This document shows positions 31,626 to 45,781 of a DNA stretch of 64,000 bases, one piece after another. The DNA comes from the human T2T-CHM13v2.0 reference genome, Homo sapiens. The notes beneath the pieces are model-generated. The model ran no database searches, had not been told where the DNA came from, and saw nothing but the letters and a program-made list of their open reading frames with translations. Numbering within the stretch: the stretch's first letter is position 1; each line of letters opens with the position of its first letter. Both the position numbers and the translations under genes were made by a program. The DNA lies in assembly GCF_009914755.1 (NCBI RefSeq), contig NC_060936.1, one strand, 5' to 3'.

Positions 31626-32944
31626 TGACTTAGGCAAATTTTCAAATCAATTTTTTTTTTCTTTTTTATGTTTGACATCTCTAAAATCAGTTGGATCTTA
31701 CAAATGCTGTATCATAATTTCATTGTTGAATTTTTTCTTATTAATACATAAAATATTGGCTCACCATACAATCAATGGCATCTTAGATTCAGGGAAATTG
31801 GATCCTAATACTTAGCCTATATAATTATGGTTAAGATTAAATAAAATAACATATAGATGTTACATAATTTTTTAGCATTATTAGATCATAAATTTTAATT
31901 CTTGTATCTTCCCATTTGGGATTTTCTTAAAATAATGCCCTGATATGAAAAGGCATGACTTTCCTGTTATTATACAATTTTATCACTAAAGTAAAACAGC
32001 TTAGGGTACTTTAATTTTCCTGTGGACACTAAGATATTTTATGCAGTCATAGTCACCATCATCAAATATTCATTAAGTATCCATATGCCAATGGATCTGG
32101 ATTGAGCAATATATAAAGTAAGTTAAACAGATCTAATACATTAAAGTATAAAAGAAACAGTTCTGGTTTTAAACAAGAGCTTTACTGCCATGTTGAAGGG
32201 CCCTAGAGCTGCTTACATTAATCAGTTCTGCATTTGCTTCAGACAGAAACATAGGTCCCAAGGTAACTCTCATAAATAAGGAGGAAAAAAATCATCATTA
32301 ATTTTGGCAATCCTTGAACTCATGGATTGATATACCTTGATGTTCATTTTTATAAGCTGTGCTTTGAAGTGTTTTCAGACTGTATTTGCACATATTACTT
32401 AATTTATATATACTTCACCGAAATTCAAAGCTTAACTTTGGAATCATGTTTTTCTTCATTGGAAAAACATTTGTGAGTTCCATTGTACTCCTTGTCAGGC
32501 CTTATTGAGGATTTAGGACAATACCAAGGAAAGGCAATTCAAAATCCTGTTTTCTTTGAAAGAAAAAAAACTTATGTGTAAACCATATTGATTTCCTAAA
32601 GCAACCCCAAGCTTGACTTCACCAGAGTTTATCTAAAGGATATTGTTAAACACTTTATAGGGCTGGAGAAAGATAGAAGTGACAGGGCTACAAACACCAA
32701 AAACATAGAGTATTTAAAAGGATGTATCATCCTTTGAGCAAAAAGAAAATAATTTTCTAGCCAAACCTCCAAATATCATGTAACTTGGGCCACTCATATG
32801 ACCAAAAACACTTAAGAAACATACCTTCCTTTAAAAAGCATAAACCATTTACATTTAGATTTTACATGAGGATGATTGTAAGTTGCTTCAGCAACAAACG
32901 CTCGTTTAGTCTGTACTGGGCTTGGCACAGAATGTTTGAATGTT

Positions 32945-33443
32945 TTAAATCACAAATAACAGGAAAACCAAACTCAAAATGGCTTAAATGCTAAAAGGAA
33001 ATAATTATTTTCTCATTTAAGTAGTCTAGAGATACAGCCATTTCTGGATTAGTTTATTGGCTCAATGAAGTCATTCCATCCTCCTGCTCTGCCATCCTCA
33101 ATATTTTGGCTCTTAAATTGTCTTCCCTTGATTTTAAGATGGCTGCTGCAACTCCAGGTAGCCAGAGGCAGAGAGAAGGAATGCCCCTTCTCAGGGCTGT
33201 TTTTTAAGAGGGAAGAAAGCTCCTCTGGAAGGGCCCTTTGCAGATTTCCTTTCACAATTCATTGTCTGTTACAAGTCTCTTCCTAAATCAACTACTGGAA
33301 ATATGAATGGAATTATTGCATAGGATTGGTCTTTCATCTCTTGAGTCACCTGATCACAGAATACCTAAAGAACAAGCAGGCTTTTCTTAGTAATAAAGAG
33401 GGGAGAATGGCTGTTCCGTAGGCAGCCAGCAGTATCTGGCACA
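32945..33443. mobile_element. Old MLT1-type MaLR LTR
   Basis: ggaaaaccaaactcaaaatggcttaa...aagatggctgctgcaactccag...ggcagccagcagtatctggcaca. Confidence 0.6.
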
Positions 33444-34198
33444 GTAGATGATTAAATATATCTAAATATGTTTGATCCATATTGTAAAGAGCAAAGATGT
33501 TTTACATAAAACAAATTCCCATATATTTCTCCAACTCCTCTTGCTCAGTTTTGTTAGTAATTGCTGCTTTCTTCCAGAACTGCTAACAATCGGCAGAACT
33601 GATCTTTTGAATTTTGTTTTGTCTGATGCTTGCCTTCAAACCGATGTGTTAGTGACCAAGTAATGGTACAATTCCGATGAGGGTGAAGATGGGGAAGAGG
33701 TCTAGGTAGTACAAAAACAGTGGGAACAACCCTGAATATGATTTATTTATTTACTTTAAAAAAATTATCCATTCCTAAAAGTTAATGGAAAATTTATGTC
33801 CTTGAAGTTGAAAAGTTTATATATGGAAGTATATATTTGTATTTCATATCTGACCTTAAGAATTCTTTAGTGTATGGCAAAAGGATCTGGCCAGTGGAGA
33901 CTGTAGGATAGAGAATTTTTTTAAAATTAGTGATCAAAGTTAAATTTATCTAATTATAATTTAATTCAAACTTTCAAATACCGTGAGACAACTAACTGGT
34001 TATAGAGCCTGTGAGCTTCTAAAAACTGTTATCCATTGTTTTGGATTAATCATCATGAGACCAGAACAGTTTTCCTAGAGTCTGGATGAGATCTCTTGGG
34101 AAATGTTTAAAAACTTACCAAAAAGTTTTACTATGATGAACATGATATATCACTCCTTTTATTGAGATCTACTATCCTTTAAGTAAAGCTTTATAATA

Positions 34199-34412
34199 CA
34201 GGTTAAGCATCCCAAATCCAAAATGCACCAAAACGCAAAATTTTTTGAGTGCTGACTTGACGTTCAAAAGAAATGCTTAGTGGATCATTTTGGATTTTCA
34301 GATGTGGGATGCTCAGCTGGTAAGTATAATGTAAATATTCCAATTTCTTAAAAAGTCCAAAATTAGAAATACTTCTAGTTCCAAGCATTTTGGATAAGAG
34401 ATATTCAACCTG
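34199..34412. mobile_element. Tigger4a/MER46-type TcMar MITE with TIRs and TA TSD
   Basis: TA|caggttaagcatcc ... ggataagagatattcaacctg|TA. Confidence 0.85.
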
Positions 34413-34419
34413 TAGTGTC

Positions 34420-34950
34420 CATGCAGATCTTGTACATTTTTATTAACTTTTTCCAATTACTGAAAATTTTTGTTGCTATTGTCAGAGGCATTTTAAATGC
34501 AGTTATGATTTACTGTGTGTAAAAGAAGTCTATTGATTTCTGTGAGTGCTAAGAACCTTGATAAGCTCTTTTTAGTTTTAGTAGTTTCTAATACTATTAA
34601 TTTTCCCAAATGAAGACCATATTGTCTACAAATGATGACAATTTTGTTCTTTCTTTGCCATATTTATACTTTCTTTTTCTTGTCTGAGTGCAATGGCTAT
34701 GACCTCTTGAACAAAACCAATACACATAGTAGTCACTATTGTATTGTTCCTGATTTTAATGGGAATGTTTCTAAAATTTCACTATTAAATATTACACTTG
34801 CCATACATTTTTGATAGATTTCTTTTAAAAAGTTAAAGGAGTTCCCTTTTAGTCCTAGATTGCTAAGCATTTTTATAATAACTGGGTTTTAAAGCTTATC
34901 AAATGCTTTTTCTTATATCTATTGAGGTGATCATATGGCTTGGTTCCTCA
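34420..34950 (-). mobile_element. Old L1M ORF2 fragment
   Basis: cctgattttaatgggaatgtttctaaaatttcac...tatcaaatgctttttc...tctattgagg. Confidence 0.65.
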
Positions 34951-35126
34951 TTAAGTCTTATGCATATTAAGTATTTGGTTATTTTTGCCTAATAAGATAG
35001 TATTATAACTGATAGTATAGTATAACTCAAAGCATTCATTTATTAGCTTTAATATACAATGTGTACTTTTTATAGTTATTAGCACCCTACTTATTTATGT
35101 TAATACTACATTAAATTATTTATGTA

Positions 35127-36232
35127 TGGTCATAAGTTGCTTAATGATGTTTCAGTCAACAATGTACCACATATACCATGATGCCTCTTAAGATTGTAAC
35201 ACAGCTGAAAAATTCCTGTTGCCTAGTGACATCATAGCTGTCTTAACATGGTAGTGCAATGCATTACTCACATGTCTGTGGTCATGCTGGTATAAACAAA
35301 CCTATTAGGCTGGGCTGCTAGTCATATAAAAATATAGCACATACAATCATGTATAGTACCGAACGCTTGTTAATGGTAATAAATGACTATGTTACTGGTT
35401 TATGTGTTTACTATACTATAATATATTTTAAAAGTATACTTTTTATCATTATTTTAGAGTATATTCCTACTTATAAAAAATAAATAAAAAAAGGAAGTTA
35501 ACTGTAAAACAGCCTCAGGCAGGTACTTCAGGAGGTATTCCAAAAGAAGGCACTGTTATCACAGGAGATGACAGCTCTATTTCTGTTCCTGCCCCTGAAG
35601 ACCTTCCAGTGAGACAAGATGTGGAGGTGGAAGACAGTGATACTGATGATCCTGACCCTGTGTAGGCCTAGCTAATGTGTGTATTTGTGTCTTAGTTTTC
35701 AACAAAAAAGTTTAAAAAGTTAAAAATTAAAGATAGAAAAATATTTGCAATAGAATAAGGATATAAAGAAAGAAGTTTTGTACAGCTGTAGAGTGTGTTT
35801 GTGTTTTAAGCTAAGTGAGCAGTGTTATAAAGTCTGCAGTAGTGCACATAATGTCTTAAGCCTTCAGGTTCAGTCACCACTCACTTGCTGACTCACCCAC
35901 AGCAACTTCCATGCCTGCAAGCTCCATTCATGATAACTGCCCTAAACTGGTATACCATCTGTAAAATGTTTATACAGTATTTTTACTGTAGCTTTTCTAT
36001 ATTAAGATACACAAATACTTACCATGGTGTTACAGCTGCCTGTGGTGTTCAGCTCAGTCTCATGCAGTGCAGGATTGTAGCCTGAGAGCGGCAGGCCATT
36101 CCATATACCCTAGGTGTATGGTAGGCTACACCTTCTAGGTTTGTGTATGTTCATATGTACACTCTATGGTGTTCACACAAAGATGAAATCACATTCTCAG
36201 AACGTATCCCTGTTGTTAAGCAATGCATGAAT
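35127..36232. mobile_element. Tigger3-type TcMar DNA transposon fossil (~1.1 kb)
   Basis: Ends gtcataagttgcttaatgatgtttcagtcaac / cagaacgtatccctgttgttaagcaatgcatga; internal cagcctcaggcaggtacttcaggagg and gaagaccttccagtg. Confidence 0.8.
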
Positions 36233-36269
36233 GAATTTATAATTTATTAAATAGTATTCGATGCTTACA

Positions 36270-36605
36270 TATTGAGTGTAAAAAAAGTTGAATTCATAGA
36301 AGTAGATAATAGAATAGTGATTAGCAGGGGCTGGAGGTGAGAGGATGTTGGGGAGATGTTGGTCAAAGGATACAAAATTTTAGTTAGATAAGAGGGATAA
36401 GATTAGGAGAACTATTGTACAGCTGACTCTATTTGATAATATATTCTTGAAAACTGCTAAGGAGTAGATTTTAAGTGTTTTTACCACAAAAGTTTGTGAC
36501 GTGTAAATGCATATGTTAATCAGCTTGATTTTGGCTTCCGTTATATATGCATATTTTAAAACATGTTATACATAACATTTTTATTTATCAATTAAAATAA
36601 ATATA
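36270..36605 (+). mobile_element. L1MA-type 3' end
   Basis: gaattcatagaagtagataatagaatagtg...ggtcaaaggatacaaaattttagttagata...tcaattaaaataa. Confidence 0.75.
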
Positions 36606-37879
36606 AATGTTAGGAGGGAAGTGGAAAAAAAGTATTTAAGGTCACCTATGGAAATATATCAAGAATGAAAGTAATTAAAGACTAAATCAGGGTAAAAGAA
36701 ATATAAAAGCCAGAAAAATAAAATGAAGCCATGTGTCAGAGTAATAAAATGATTTATTATCAACCATAAGTTCTTGTTCAGAAGTTAGAGATCAGCTGCA
36801 AATTTGCCTCTCAACTTCTTAGTTGCCAAAGAATATAAGAGGATTTTATTAATAACATAATTTAAAGTTTCATCACAATAAAAACAAAACTGGTTGTTCC
36901 AAAGCAACACAGTGTTCTGGTAGGAAAGATCCTCCTGAGAAAAATTTGTCTCATGAATCCTCATAAAGAGGAAGGCATGATTGCATAGACTAAAAATTGG
37001 CTTACCTTCTTCAAATTGAAGAAATAAAGGGACAGCAGAAGGTGAGGGGCACTATGAGGAATCAGAACAGCGTGGAAAGTTTGCCTGGGAATGACATTTG
37101 CAACAGGTAGTTCATGAATTGGAAACTTGAGCCTCATGTTAAGATAGGCTCAGTAAGAGATATGGCAGCCAGTGTTGGGTGGTTTTACTTCCCAGCTAAC
37201 TTTTGGCAGGTGTTCTGTCTTTTGTTTTAGGGAGTGAAGTCAGATCTATCTTTAGCTCCTAAATATTTTAGACTAAAGCAGGGAGGTCTTTATATTTTTA
37301 TCTTTTCCCTTGCTTTACAGTCTACTTGTTTATGCTAAGATTGTAGGTAAAAAGGAATAAATTAAATTAGAATCAGCAGTTTCAAATTACAGCTATGAAA
37401 TGCGTTGCTGGTATAAGCACATTTGGTTTTATTTTTGAGTATTACCACCAAGAGCAATGAATCCAATTCTTGCTTCTTATTTCCAAAATGGGAAGTATCT
37501 CTGGGCTGAAGCCTTAAAAACAGAGAGGACAATGAAATTCTGAAAAGCAAGACCTGATTATTCTATTTTATCCTACTGGGGGAATTAACAACGAGTTCAC
37601 AAAGACATGGAGAAGAGAAAACCCTTTTTCTGATTGCTCCTCCTGAGGTCTGGCTGTAGGTTGAATGAAGAGGCTGTCATTTACCTGGTACCAGCAGGGC
37701 AAATGTGTCACCTTTTTAAAAGATCATCTGTAAAGGGGTACAGCAGGATTGGCAAAAATCAGCTATACCAAATTCTCTCATAAAACAGGCTTGACAGGGA
37801 TAAATCATCACAAAAGAATAGCTGCTTGTGTGCACTTGTACATGCATATATGCACAGAAAAAGGTGTGTCCTAGAAAAT

Positions 37880-38055
37880 AGGATTTACTAAACTTGTCCT
37901 ATGAGAAGTCACCTGGGTTGCTTGTTAAAAATAGATTGTCCAGGCCCCATCCCATACATGCTGAGTCAGTACTTCCAGGGGAGAGGTTCAAGAATCTACA
38001 TTTTAAATAAGCTCTCCAAAGTTGTTCCTTTAAGCAGATAGGTTTGGAAAACACT
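37880..38055. mobile_element. MER5A-type MITE
   Basis: gtcacctgggttgcttgttaaaaatagattg...gaatctacattttaaataagctc...gtttggaaaacact. Confidence 0.7.
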
Positions 38056-40589
38056 TTACTGAAAAACTTTATTGTACACTTAATTAATAGAATAGTTATC
38101 TTGGCAGTGAATTATGGGTGTTTATTTTTTCTTCTTTGAAAATTTGTTTTCTGTGTTACTCAGAATGAGCATTTATTTCTTTTGTGATTTGATTTAAAAG
38201 TCGTATTTGGAAGTGAACTTCAGCTAAATATTCACTCCATCCTATGTTTATCATTTAAAATGCTCGTCTGTTTTTTGTCCCCTAGTGAACATACATTACT
38301 CAGTTGAGTAAATTCCTCATCAGATCAGTTCACTAACATTAAATGTTTTTATCACCAACACGTGAATTTAAATTAAGTTCTGATTAAATAATGTATTCTG
38401 CTTACCAAACCTTCGGGAGAACTAATAAATAGCACAGTAATTAGACTAATTTTTTTTCCACAAATTAAGTACCTATGATGTATTTCTCTTGCGTTTTTGT
38501 AGGTTAAAAAAAGATTGGCAAGTTGAAAATACAATGACAGCACCATCAATACTTTGCCTAACAAAGCTATAAGAATATTTGAAATCAATCTATTCATATA
38601 TTTCATTAATCCCAACTGGTTTCTACTTTATCATCATAGTATATTCATTAATTTTACTACTTAGACATTGCAGTCCCTGCTTTTTACACTGAAAAAGGTG
38701 GGTAATAGAAAGAAAATGGTAGATATTTGTGTTTACAATCAGTACTATTACTGTGTAATTCGCAAGTAAGTCCTTCACAACAATGACTTTACTAAGCCAA
38801 ATGAGATGTGTAATGTGTAATGTGTAATCTAGGGTGCGTAGGGATAGAAAGCTTCCTTAATTATGCCAGTCTGTCCTTTGTGATTTTGATTGCTTTATTC
38901 TTTATTTCCCTGACAGCTTTATTAACCTCTCAAAAGAGGTATGAATAAGATACTGGTTTCTGGAGTGTGGCAGGTGCTTTTGTCCTTTTTCACCTTGAAC
39001 CTCCAGTACCATTCTCCACCATCAGTAATAGAATCACATGCATCATTTTGTGATGTACCTAGGTCCTCAGTGATTACAGTCACTTTGGCTTTACTAGAAT
39101 TCTAGTAGGTTAAAAAATAAAATGTGGTTGCACTGCAAATGAATTTGCTCCCATAGAGATGTACACATTTACAACACAGGTTAATTTATGACTAGCCTTT
39201 TTTGTTTTTTTAGTCAGTGAGCCTCGTTTAAACATTTTATGCTGCCAAATAAAGATCATAGACTATCAGTTTAGGTTCTTATGTATAAGGTTTCCAGTAA
39301 GGCACATAGATAATTTTTACTTTAAAATTGTGTGGCCTCAGGTATTCATTTATTCAGCAAATATTTATTGAGCAATGGCTATGTCAGCCAATATGCAATA
39401 TTAATTATCTTTCATTTTTAACATGGAAGACAGCTCTACCCTAATTTTTTAAATGTCAAGAACACTGTTACTTATCCAAGTGTAAATTCTACAGTGAAGT
39501 AAAGATGATTTCATGTTAAAGAGACTTAAGCAATCTTTTCTTAAGTAAGCAGTCCTTTCCTGATATGTGCCTATTTGACAAATATAGCACATATGCTAAT
39601 TTACTTTAGCTACCTGAAAAACCAAGAAAACTGGTTTGATCAATTTTTTAAGTATTCCACTAGTTATTTGTGAATTGCCATGCCAAAAGAAAATAACAAG
39701 AACTGTCTTATTAAAGTAACACCAAGGTGATATATTAATGTGTTTAAGCAAATAAAAATGTCCTATCCTTGATACAACTGTTTTAAGTATTTATAGTTGG
39801 TGGTAAAATGGAGGGCATTATAAACCAACTCCAAGGTCTACCAATTATCCTGAGAGAAATCAGGTAAATATCTCAGGAGTTCTTTGTAAAGAACTAAAAT
39901 AGAATAAATTAGTACAACCTTTCTGGAGGGCAGTACAGCAATACATATTAAAGAACTTAAAATTGAATACACTCTTTAACAATTTTACTTTTAGGACCTT
40001 ATCCTGAGGAAACAATAATGGATGCACAAGATTTTTCATAATAGCAAAAAGGTAGAAACCACCTAAATATCCAACCATTTGAAATTGGTTAAATAAATAA
40101 TGGTACATCTCTCTGAGAGAATATTATCAAGCTCTTAAAATGAGATTGAAGGGAAGTATTTCTAGTGTTTTCTGCGTCTATGATATTCATATGTGCTATA
40201 CATTCTCATCAGTGACCTACCTTATAATAGACATGAGGCAAAAGAGAAGAGACAAAAAGATATGTTCACATCCTTCAGAGAAGGAAAAGATAGATATCCA
40301 TCAGATATCAAAGAAGGTAGCCTGAAGATCAGGATAGCCAAGTGGTGTAGAAGAGTCAAGGGGGAGTCTAGGTGACTCTCATAGTGTTCCTGTAAAATGA
40401 CGTACTGGTGTCCCACTGCAGGGACGAAGGGTCATTGGGTGCATGGTGTAGAGGCAGAGTGAGTGGGGTTGCCTGTTTTGTCAGATATTTGGTATTTAAA
40501 ACAGAGATGAGCCTCTAAGCCCTGCAGAACAGAGAGAATTTCTTTTTTTTTAAGGAATAAGGGAAGTCGAGCATGTTAAAAGGCAGAGA

Positions 40590-40830
40590 GAAGGTAATGG
40601 TGATGGCTGACATATCTACAGCGCTTATCATATGCCAAGCATCATGCCGAGTGCTTTATGCCCATGATCATGCTTAATCCTTAAAACAATCCCAAAATGA
40701 AGCTGTTTTTTCCCTCTATCTTTTAGATGAAACTGCTGATGATTATAGAGTTGATTATTTGCCCAAACATCACAGAGCTAGTAAATGGCAGAGTCAGGAT
40801 TTCCATTTTGACTCTGAATCTAGCCACTAT
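40590..40830 (-). mobile_element. MIR
   Basis: tttgcccaaacatcacagagctagtaaatggcagagtcaggattt. Confidence 0.7.
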
Positions 40831-42276
40831 GCCCAGGAGTAACAGGAAAACCAAAACTGCAAGAGCTACAGGGGCTGTTTGTTGGAACAAAATCCGAGAA
40901 GAGAGAGTCCCTTGAAGGTGATGAGTTGTAGCCTCAGTTTAGAAACTCCATCAAGAAGGTACATGTCTGACTTGCACTATTCAGCATGTTGCATTCATAG
41001 CTGATACAGCTGATACAACCAAGACAGAAATATTTTGTGTTTGGTATGTTTGACAGAACTGCCCTCGTGTGGGGCTGGCTCATTCTGGGCTGTCTAAGCC
41101 TCATTCCTTTTGTCATCTGGTAATTCAAATTCTGAAGCGTCCAGGAATCACTTCATGCTGTGGATGCCCCTATGCTCTCTATCTGGTGTTGGTGTACTTC
41201 AGAATTAAACTGCATCTCTCTTTCTACACCATGTCCTGTAATAGCCATAAGTAAAAGTACATGGAAAATTTGGGGGGCTCAGAAAATTTGGGGGGCTGCA
41301 GTTGCTGCACTGCAGCCATTTACACTCCTTAGTTCATTCCGGCTTAACAGGCAGTCATCGATCCACTATTCACTCAGTTTATTCATTCATCAGACATTTA
41401 TTGTGTGCTTACTCTGTTATAGGCTTGTTTTAAGTGTTAATGATATCAAGATTAAAAGACACCACTGAAGTAAGGGCAGTAATTGAACAGTAGGCAGGGC
41501 CATGGGAGGATTTAATATTCTTAACATTGGGAAACATTTAAGGTGTTTTTTGGCAGAGGAGTAAGAGCAATGAAGAGAAAAATGGGAGGTATTGCCCAAG
41601 TAAGCTCAAGAAGAGAGATGAAAGGATAGACTTCTGACACCAAGAAGAGAGGTGGTGCCCAACTACTGATAGGTAGAAAGAAAGAGACTGGCAGGAATTT
41701 CCAGTGAGTGGCTGCCCTTTTCTCTGTAAGGAAGGAGGTGAGGTCACTTGCGAGCATGCTGGGCTGGAAGTTAGGTAATGAGCGTAAGGAGCACCTTAAA
41801 AGTTTGGAACAGCTCCCTAGTGGATAGCTAGGGGCCAGGAAGGAGACAGCCCAACTGTGATGGGAACCATGAATTTGTAATAAGGCCATTGAACAGAGTT
41901 ACATGATTTTTTTCCCTACCAGCACTTATTGTTAAAACACTCATCAAGCCACTGGAGAAGACCCTCTTCTGACTGATTCTCCTACTCTTCTAATGAAGAC
42001 ATTTGTCTCCAAGAGCTAAAATTCTTGGGCCTGAGCTTTCACATGCTAACTGAAATTCATGACTGAATTTTAGAGGATACCAAAGACACAGGCATGGATC
42101 CTGCTATGACCTGCTAGTGAGACCATCTGGGTTGCCCTTTGTACAGCCTCAGGGTGAGTCATCTCCCCTGAAGGAAAGAATGTCACAGTGTCTGGTCCTT
42201 TCAGAATACTCCATCCCTCTACTGTACCATGTTTTAGGTTTTGGTCTAACACGTTTTCCCTAGTTTGCAACCACTC

Positions 42277-42800
42277 TGTTAGTCAGGATTCTTACTTACC
42301 AGTATCATAAATGAGCTGTAATTTAAGCAGATCAGGAGTTTATCAGAAAAATGTTAGAGAACTCACAAATTCTCCTGATGGGTTAGATAAATAAGGTTAG
42401 AGATAGGCAGCCAGAAGCAGTACCTTAAATCCTGCCACAGGAGAAAAAGCACAGTTGCTGTCCTGAGCACAGGGCTGCTGCCAGCACCGCTGGCACCACT
42501 GACTAGCAGTAGCTATGGACAGCTCCTGCCGTAACCTCTACCATCTCTGGAACTGGCATTTGCTCTCTCAGCCACCCCAGAATGTATTCTGCTTGGCCTG
42601 GCTTCTTTGCATCACTAGCATTCAATTTGGAGCCTGGAGCCAGGTAGTCTGGTTGGCGGGGCCTAGCTCGAGTGCCAGTAGCTGAATTTCATGGGAGACC
42701 ACGAAAAGGAGTGTCTGTGTTTTTATCTGCTATAATGGATGTGGGCTCTTGTAGGAGTTTAAAATGGGTGTCCATAAAGAATGACAGATGTCCATTACAG
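42277..42800. mobile_element. Old MLT1-type MaLR LTR
   Basis: tgttagtcaggattc...gtctggttggcggggcctagctc...agatgtccattaca. Confidence 0.55.
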
Positions 42801-43026
42801 TGCCAGAAAGCACATGAATAAACGTTTCAGTCATTCTGTATCAGGAGAAAGTCTTAGGTCACTGGATGCTAAGTTTCTCTATATTTCCTCTGTAGCAGAC
42901 TATTTTAAATTCTTTCAGTCTCCAGTACTTTGCAGGATGCCTGCAAAATAAAAGGCACTCAAGAAATGTTTGTAAATGAACTAATGCTTGTTGAGTATAT
43001 TCTTTCAACAAATATGTGTTAGGCAT

Positions 43027-43376
43027 TGTATTAGTTCTCACATTGCTATAAAGAACTACCCGAGACTGGGTAATTTATAAAGACGAGGTTTAAATGGCTC
43101 ACAGTTCTGCAGGCTGTACAGGAGGCCTCAGGAAACTTCCAATCATGGCAGAGGAAGAAGGCACATCTTACATATCTGGAGTCGGAGGACAAGAGCAAAG
43201 GGGAGATGCTACAAACTTTTAAACAACCAGATCTCGTGAGAACTCACTATCACAAGAACAGCAAGGGGGGAAATCCGCCCCCATGATTAAATCACCCCCA
43301 TCAGGCCCCTCCCCTAACATTGGAGATTACAGTTCGACATGACATTTGGGCAAAGACACAAATCGAAACCATGTCG
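43027..43376 (-). mobile_element. MSTA/MSTB-type MaLR solo LTR with 5-bp TSD ggcat
   Basis: ggcat at 43022-43026 and 43377-43381; tgtattag...ttgctataaagaactacccgagactgggtaatttataa. Confidence 0.88.
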
Positions 43377-44486
43377 GGCATATACTGGTGAATGCTGTCT
43401 GTGGGATCAAAATGCTTTACCCAATAATAAAGAGGTAATCAGTCAGAAATAAGGACTGGGCTCCTATGTAAGAATCAAAATGAGAGGATTAGGATTTAGA
43501 GGGAAGGAGTACTGCTTAGATAAGAAGTAGAATGAATCTGAGTCAACTTTCAAGTTCAAGTTGGGAATATGGTGGGTCAGGGGTGGAAAGTGCTGAAGAA
43601 CTTCTCAGGATGAATTGCGGAGCTGGTGGGGAAGGGGACACCCAGAGGGAACAGTCACTTTTGGGGAGCGGAGTAGGAAAGCTATACCTCAAACTCTCCT
43701 TACCCCTATCTGAGTGGGGCATTTCTAGGCCATTTGCTTGTGTTTAGGGAAGTTATACCACTTGCTGGTTTCCTCTGCTACTCTATTGTATGTTCAAATT
43801 GCAGCCAATAGTTAAATGTACTATATCTGAACAGCTCTTAGAACAGTGTCTGGCATGTTTTAAGTACTGTACAACCATTTATTAAAGATATAAAAACAAA
43901 GCAATATCCTTTTTCTGATACTTCAACACAATACATCAGGGATTCCACTTGGACTCAAATGTAGCCAAATACCAGGTATATTCTTTTACTTTTTGACCTT
44001 TGGTCTTTTTCCTGCAGCTTCACCTACTTCTAGTTTATGGGATTTTTTTTATGTTCTAGGCCCTGTGCATAGCACAGCAACTCATCCCCACTCTGTCCCT
44101 TTAGAGTGGGCAGATCATGAGTATTGTTCCCTGGGTAAAGTGTCTGACTGCCAGACCCACTAGATGATCTCGACCTGGACCTAGCAGTTCCTCTCTGTCT
44201 TGTTAACTGCTGTGCTAAATATTCCACCCAGCGTTTTCAGCTGTCTTCAGTGTAAGGCTTGCCCCAAGTTACCTTTTGTCACTATTGGAAATGAAAATTC
44301 TACTTCATGTGCTTTATGTAGTTTAAATCATATCTTCACAAGACCCTAAAAAGGAAACAAGTGGGTTTTCTTAGTTCTACAGATGAAGAAAAATGAGGCA
44401 TGGAGAGTTTAATTTTCTTGTCATGGGTCATAGAGTTGATGAATAATAAATCAGATTTTGAACCCAGGAAGTGTGGTTACAGAGCT

Positions 44487-44886
44487 CATTCTGGTCCATT
44501 TTGTGCTGCTGTAACAGAATTCCACAGACTAATTTATAAAGAACAGAAATTGATTGGCTCACAGTTCTGTAGGCTGGGAAGTCTGAGATCAAGGGGGCTG
44601 GCATCTGGTGAGGACTTTGTTGCAGTGTCACCCCCACGGTGGTGGGGGAGAGAGAGGTGGTAGGGAGAAACAAAAATGGGGCGGGGGGGTTAGAAACAAA
44701 AGGGGGCCAAACTTTTATAAGGAGCTCATTCCATGCTAATAAACTCCCTCCTGTGATAATGTCATTAATTTGTTAAGTCTGCCCTTGTGGCCTGATTACC
44801 CTTCAGTAGGCCCCACCTCTCAACACTGTTGCATTGGGGATTAAGTTTCTAACATGATTTTTGGGGGACATATTTAAACCATAGCA
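44487..44886 (-). mobile_element. MSTC/MSTD-type MaLR solo LTR with TSD gagct, inserted in a MIR (44310-44905)
   Basis: gagct at 44482-44486 and 44887-44891; ends aaaccatagca. Confidence 0.82.
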
Positions 44887-45715
44887 GAGCTTGTGTTCTT
44901 AACCTCTGTGTCTACTCATTTTCTTCATTTCACAAAGCAGTATAAACTGTTTTGTCATGAAAAGCATTCTTTTTAAAAGGTCAAACAAGTCTCCATCTTT
45001 GCATGCTTCCCTTACAACTTTGGGCACAGCTTGGCAAAAGCCTAGGCATCTAGAATTTAATATCCATAAGTGTAGTATATTCTGTATCTTTTGAAATGGC
45101 CATGTAATATAGATATCAATTTAGTTCACTATTTTTATGGATTTAGACATAGCTTCACAAACATCTCAGTCTTGCAGAGAGAAAAAAATTATCTGAATTT
45201 TGCCAAAATTGCCTGTGTTGTTTTATTGAATTTGGTCAAGATATGCAGGGATGACGCATACACATCCAGTAATTGAACCATTTGAATGTCTGGTATGGAA
45301 ACCAAATTTTTAAAATCTGGAATCTTCAACTCTGAAAACTCGTATCAGTGAATAGGACTCAGAAAGCTCAATTTGTATGCTTTTATGAGCCAAAAAGTAC
45401 GTGGGATTGTGTCAAAGCAGGATACTGTTATTTACCTCAGATGACTGAAACCACACCAGGACAGCCAAGGGCCTTCCAGGGTGCCAGGGCATCGAAGTAC
45501 CCTCCACGGCATTCTCTTGGGGATCCAACACTTACATGTCACCAGCAGCAAGAGCTGCTTCATTTCTTCTATTCCATTTGCTTGACCAAATGCTGATGCA
45601 TTTCTTTTTCAGGTCCACGCTAGTTTGATTTTGTTATTAATATTGTTTTAAAAAATGCCTTTTTCTGCCTTTGGTAAACTAAAGGTCTAACATATATTCC
45701 AACTTCTTTTGACAG

Positions 45716-45781
45716 AGGAAAAGACAAGCATACGAATCTAACCTTATCTGTCATGGCCTGCAGTTAGAAGCAACAAGATCA
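45716..45781 (+). CDS. ANO6: ANO6 exon 4 (66 nt): RKRQAYESNLICHGLQLEATRS
   Basis: Acceptor cttcttttgacag, donor TCA|gtaagt; bridges exons 3 and 5 in frame. Confidence 0.95.

Noticed and set aside
41262-41300. Short direct duplications (gaaaatttggggggct x2; attaaattaatcc x2 near 47746; atgtgta x3 near 38806)
   Set aside because: Ordinary slippage micro-duplications of 2-3 units with no spacer structure; not CRISPR-like or functional arrays.
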